A stretch of 25,346 bases of DNA from a virus (Duplodnaviria; Caudoviricetes): positions 1 to 25,346 of IMG/VR virus record IMGVR_UViG_3300034375_006747; one strand, given 5' to 3'. The notes beneath the pieces were generated by a model. The model saw only the letters and a program-made list of their open reading frames with translations. It did not search any database and had not been told where the DNA came from. Positions within the stretch are counted from its first letter, which is position 1; each line of letters begins with the position of its first letter. Below, one piece after another: positions 24,687-25,346 of this stretch. The position numbers and the translations under genes were made by a program.

Positions 24687-25346
24687 AAGAGTTTAAAACA
24701 ATTGAGTCAATTATCCCAAGCGATGTAGAGGGAAAAGTTGAAGCAGTTTTTAGCGTATTTAATACAATAGATAGCGATAATGATGTAGTCGTACCAAAGT
24801 CAATTAGAAGTGGCTATGGAGAAAAAGGCGTAACAATGGTTTGGGCTCATGATTGGGCTAAGCCAATTGGTAAAGGAAAAATCGTACAAGATGATAATAA
24901 CGCTAAGTTTGTAGGCGAATTTAATATGAATACAGACGCAGGAAAAGAAGCTTATGAAACAGTTAAAGCTATGGGAGATTTACAACAATGGTCTTTTGGT
25001 TTTGAAGTATTAGATTCAGAAGTAGGAACATTTACAAAAGATAGTGGCGAAAGTCAAGAAGTAAGATATTTAAAAGATGTAAAAGTATGGGAAGTAAGTC
25101 CAGTATTAGTAGGTGCTAATCAAGAAACTTACACAATGGCTATTAAAGCAAATAAAGAAAAAGCTAAAGAAAAAGCTGATGAAAAAGATTTAAAAGCTGA
25201 AGTAGGTACAGATGAATTTACTACTTTAGATGAGGCAAGAGATAGAGCAGAAGAATTAGAATGTTCTGGAACTCATACACACGAAGATGAAGACGGAAAT
25301 TTAATTTATATGCCATGTTCTACACATAATGAATATGAAATGGATA
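24683..25346 (+). CDS. HK97-family prohead protease, 3'-truncated by the window edge
   Basis: ATGA overlap; FSVFNTIDSDND, WAHD..PIG, WSFGF, EVSPVLVGAN; frame stays open to the end. Confidence 0.85.
   Translation, partial: MKEFKTIESIIPSDVEGKVEAVFSVFNTIDSDNDVVVPKSIRSGYGEKGVTMVWAHDWAKPIGKGKIVQDDNNAKFVGEFNMNTDAGKEAYETVKAMGDLQQWSFGFEVLDSEVGTFTKDSGESQEVRYLKDVKVWEVSPVLVGANQETYTMAIKANKEKAKEKADEKDLKAEVGTDEFTTLDEARDRAEELECSGTHTHEDEDGNLIYMPCSTHNEYEMD

Overview
AT-rich tailed-phage genome segment, nearly all genes on the + strand. Order: a tandem array of paralogous putative tail/receptor-binding genes (1-3167), tail chaperone-like gene and lysis cassette (3200-5063), metallophosphoesterase, lytic transglycosylase, GNAT acetyltransferase, a ~1.1 kb gap without long ORFs (8207-9307), a complete preQ1 biosynthesis operon (queF-queC-queD-queE-folE), early/replication genes (HTH, Rad52/Sak-like recombinase, replication initiator with iterons, ParB fused to a TGT/DpdA-like domain), then terS-terL-portal-head morphogenesis-prohead protease. 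The main observation is that the gap looks like a ~950-nt minus-strand non-coding RNA. It has three back-to-back domains, each closed by an 18-25 bp helix. All nine non-Watson-Crick positions in these helices and the terminator are G-U pairs on the minus strand. Its 3' tail is antisense to a leader motif shared by several early transcripts. Also noted: a candidate preQ1-I riboswitch before queF, a dispersed ~50-bp intergenic repeat, and a CpG-free tail module. An actinobacterial host is suggested only by inference. All family calls come from motif recognition by eye, with no database searches.
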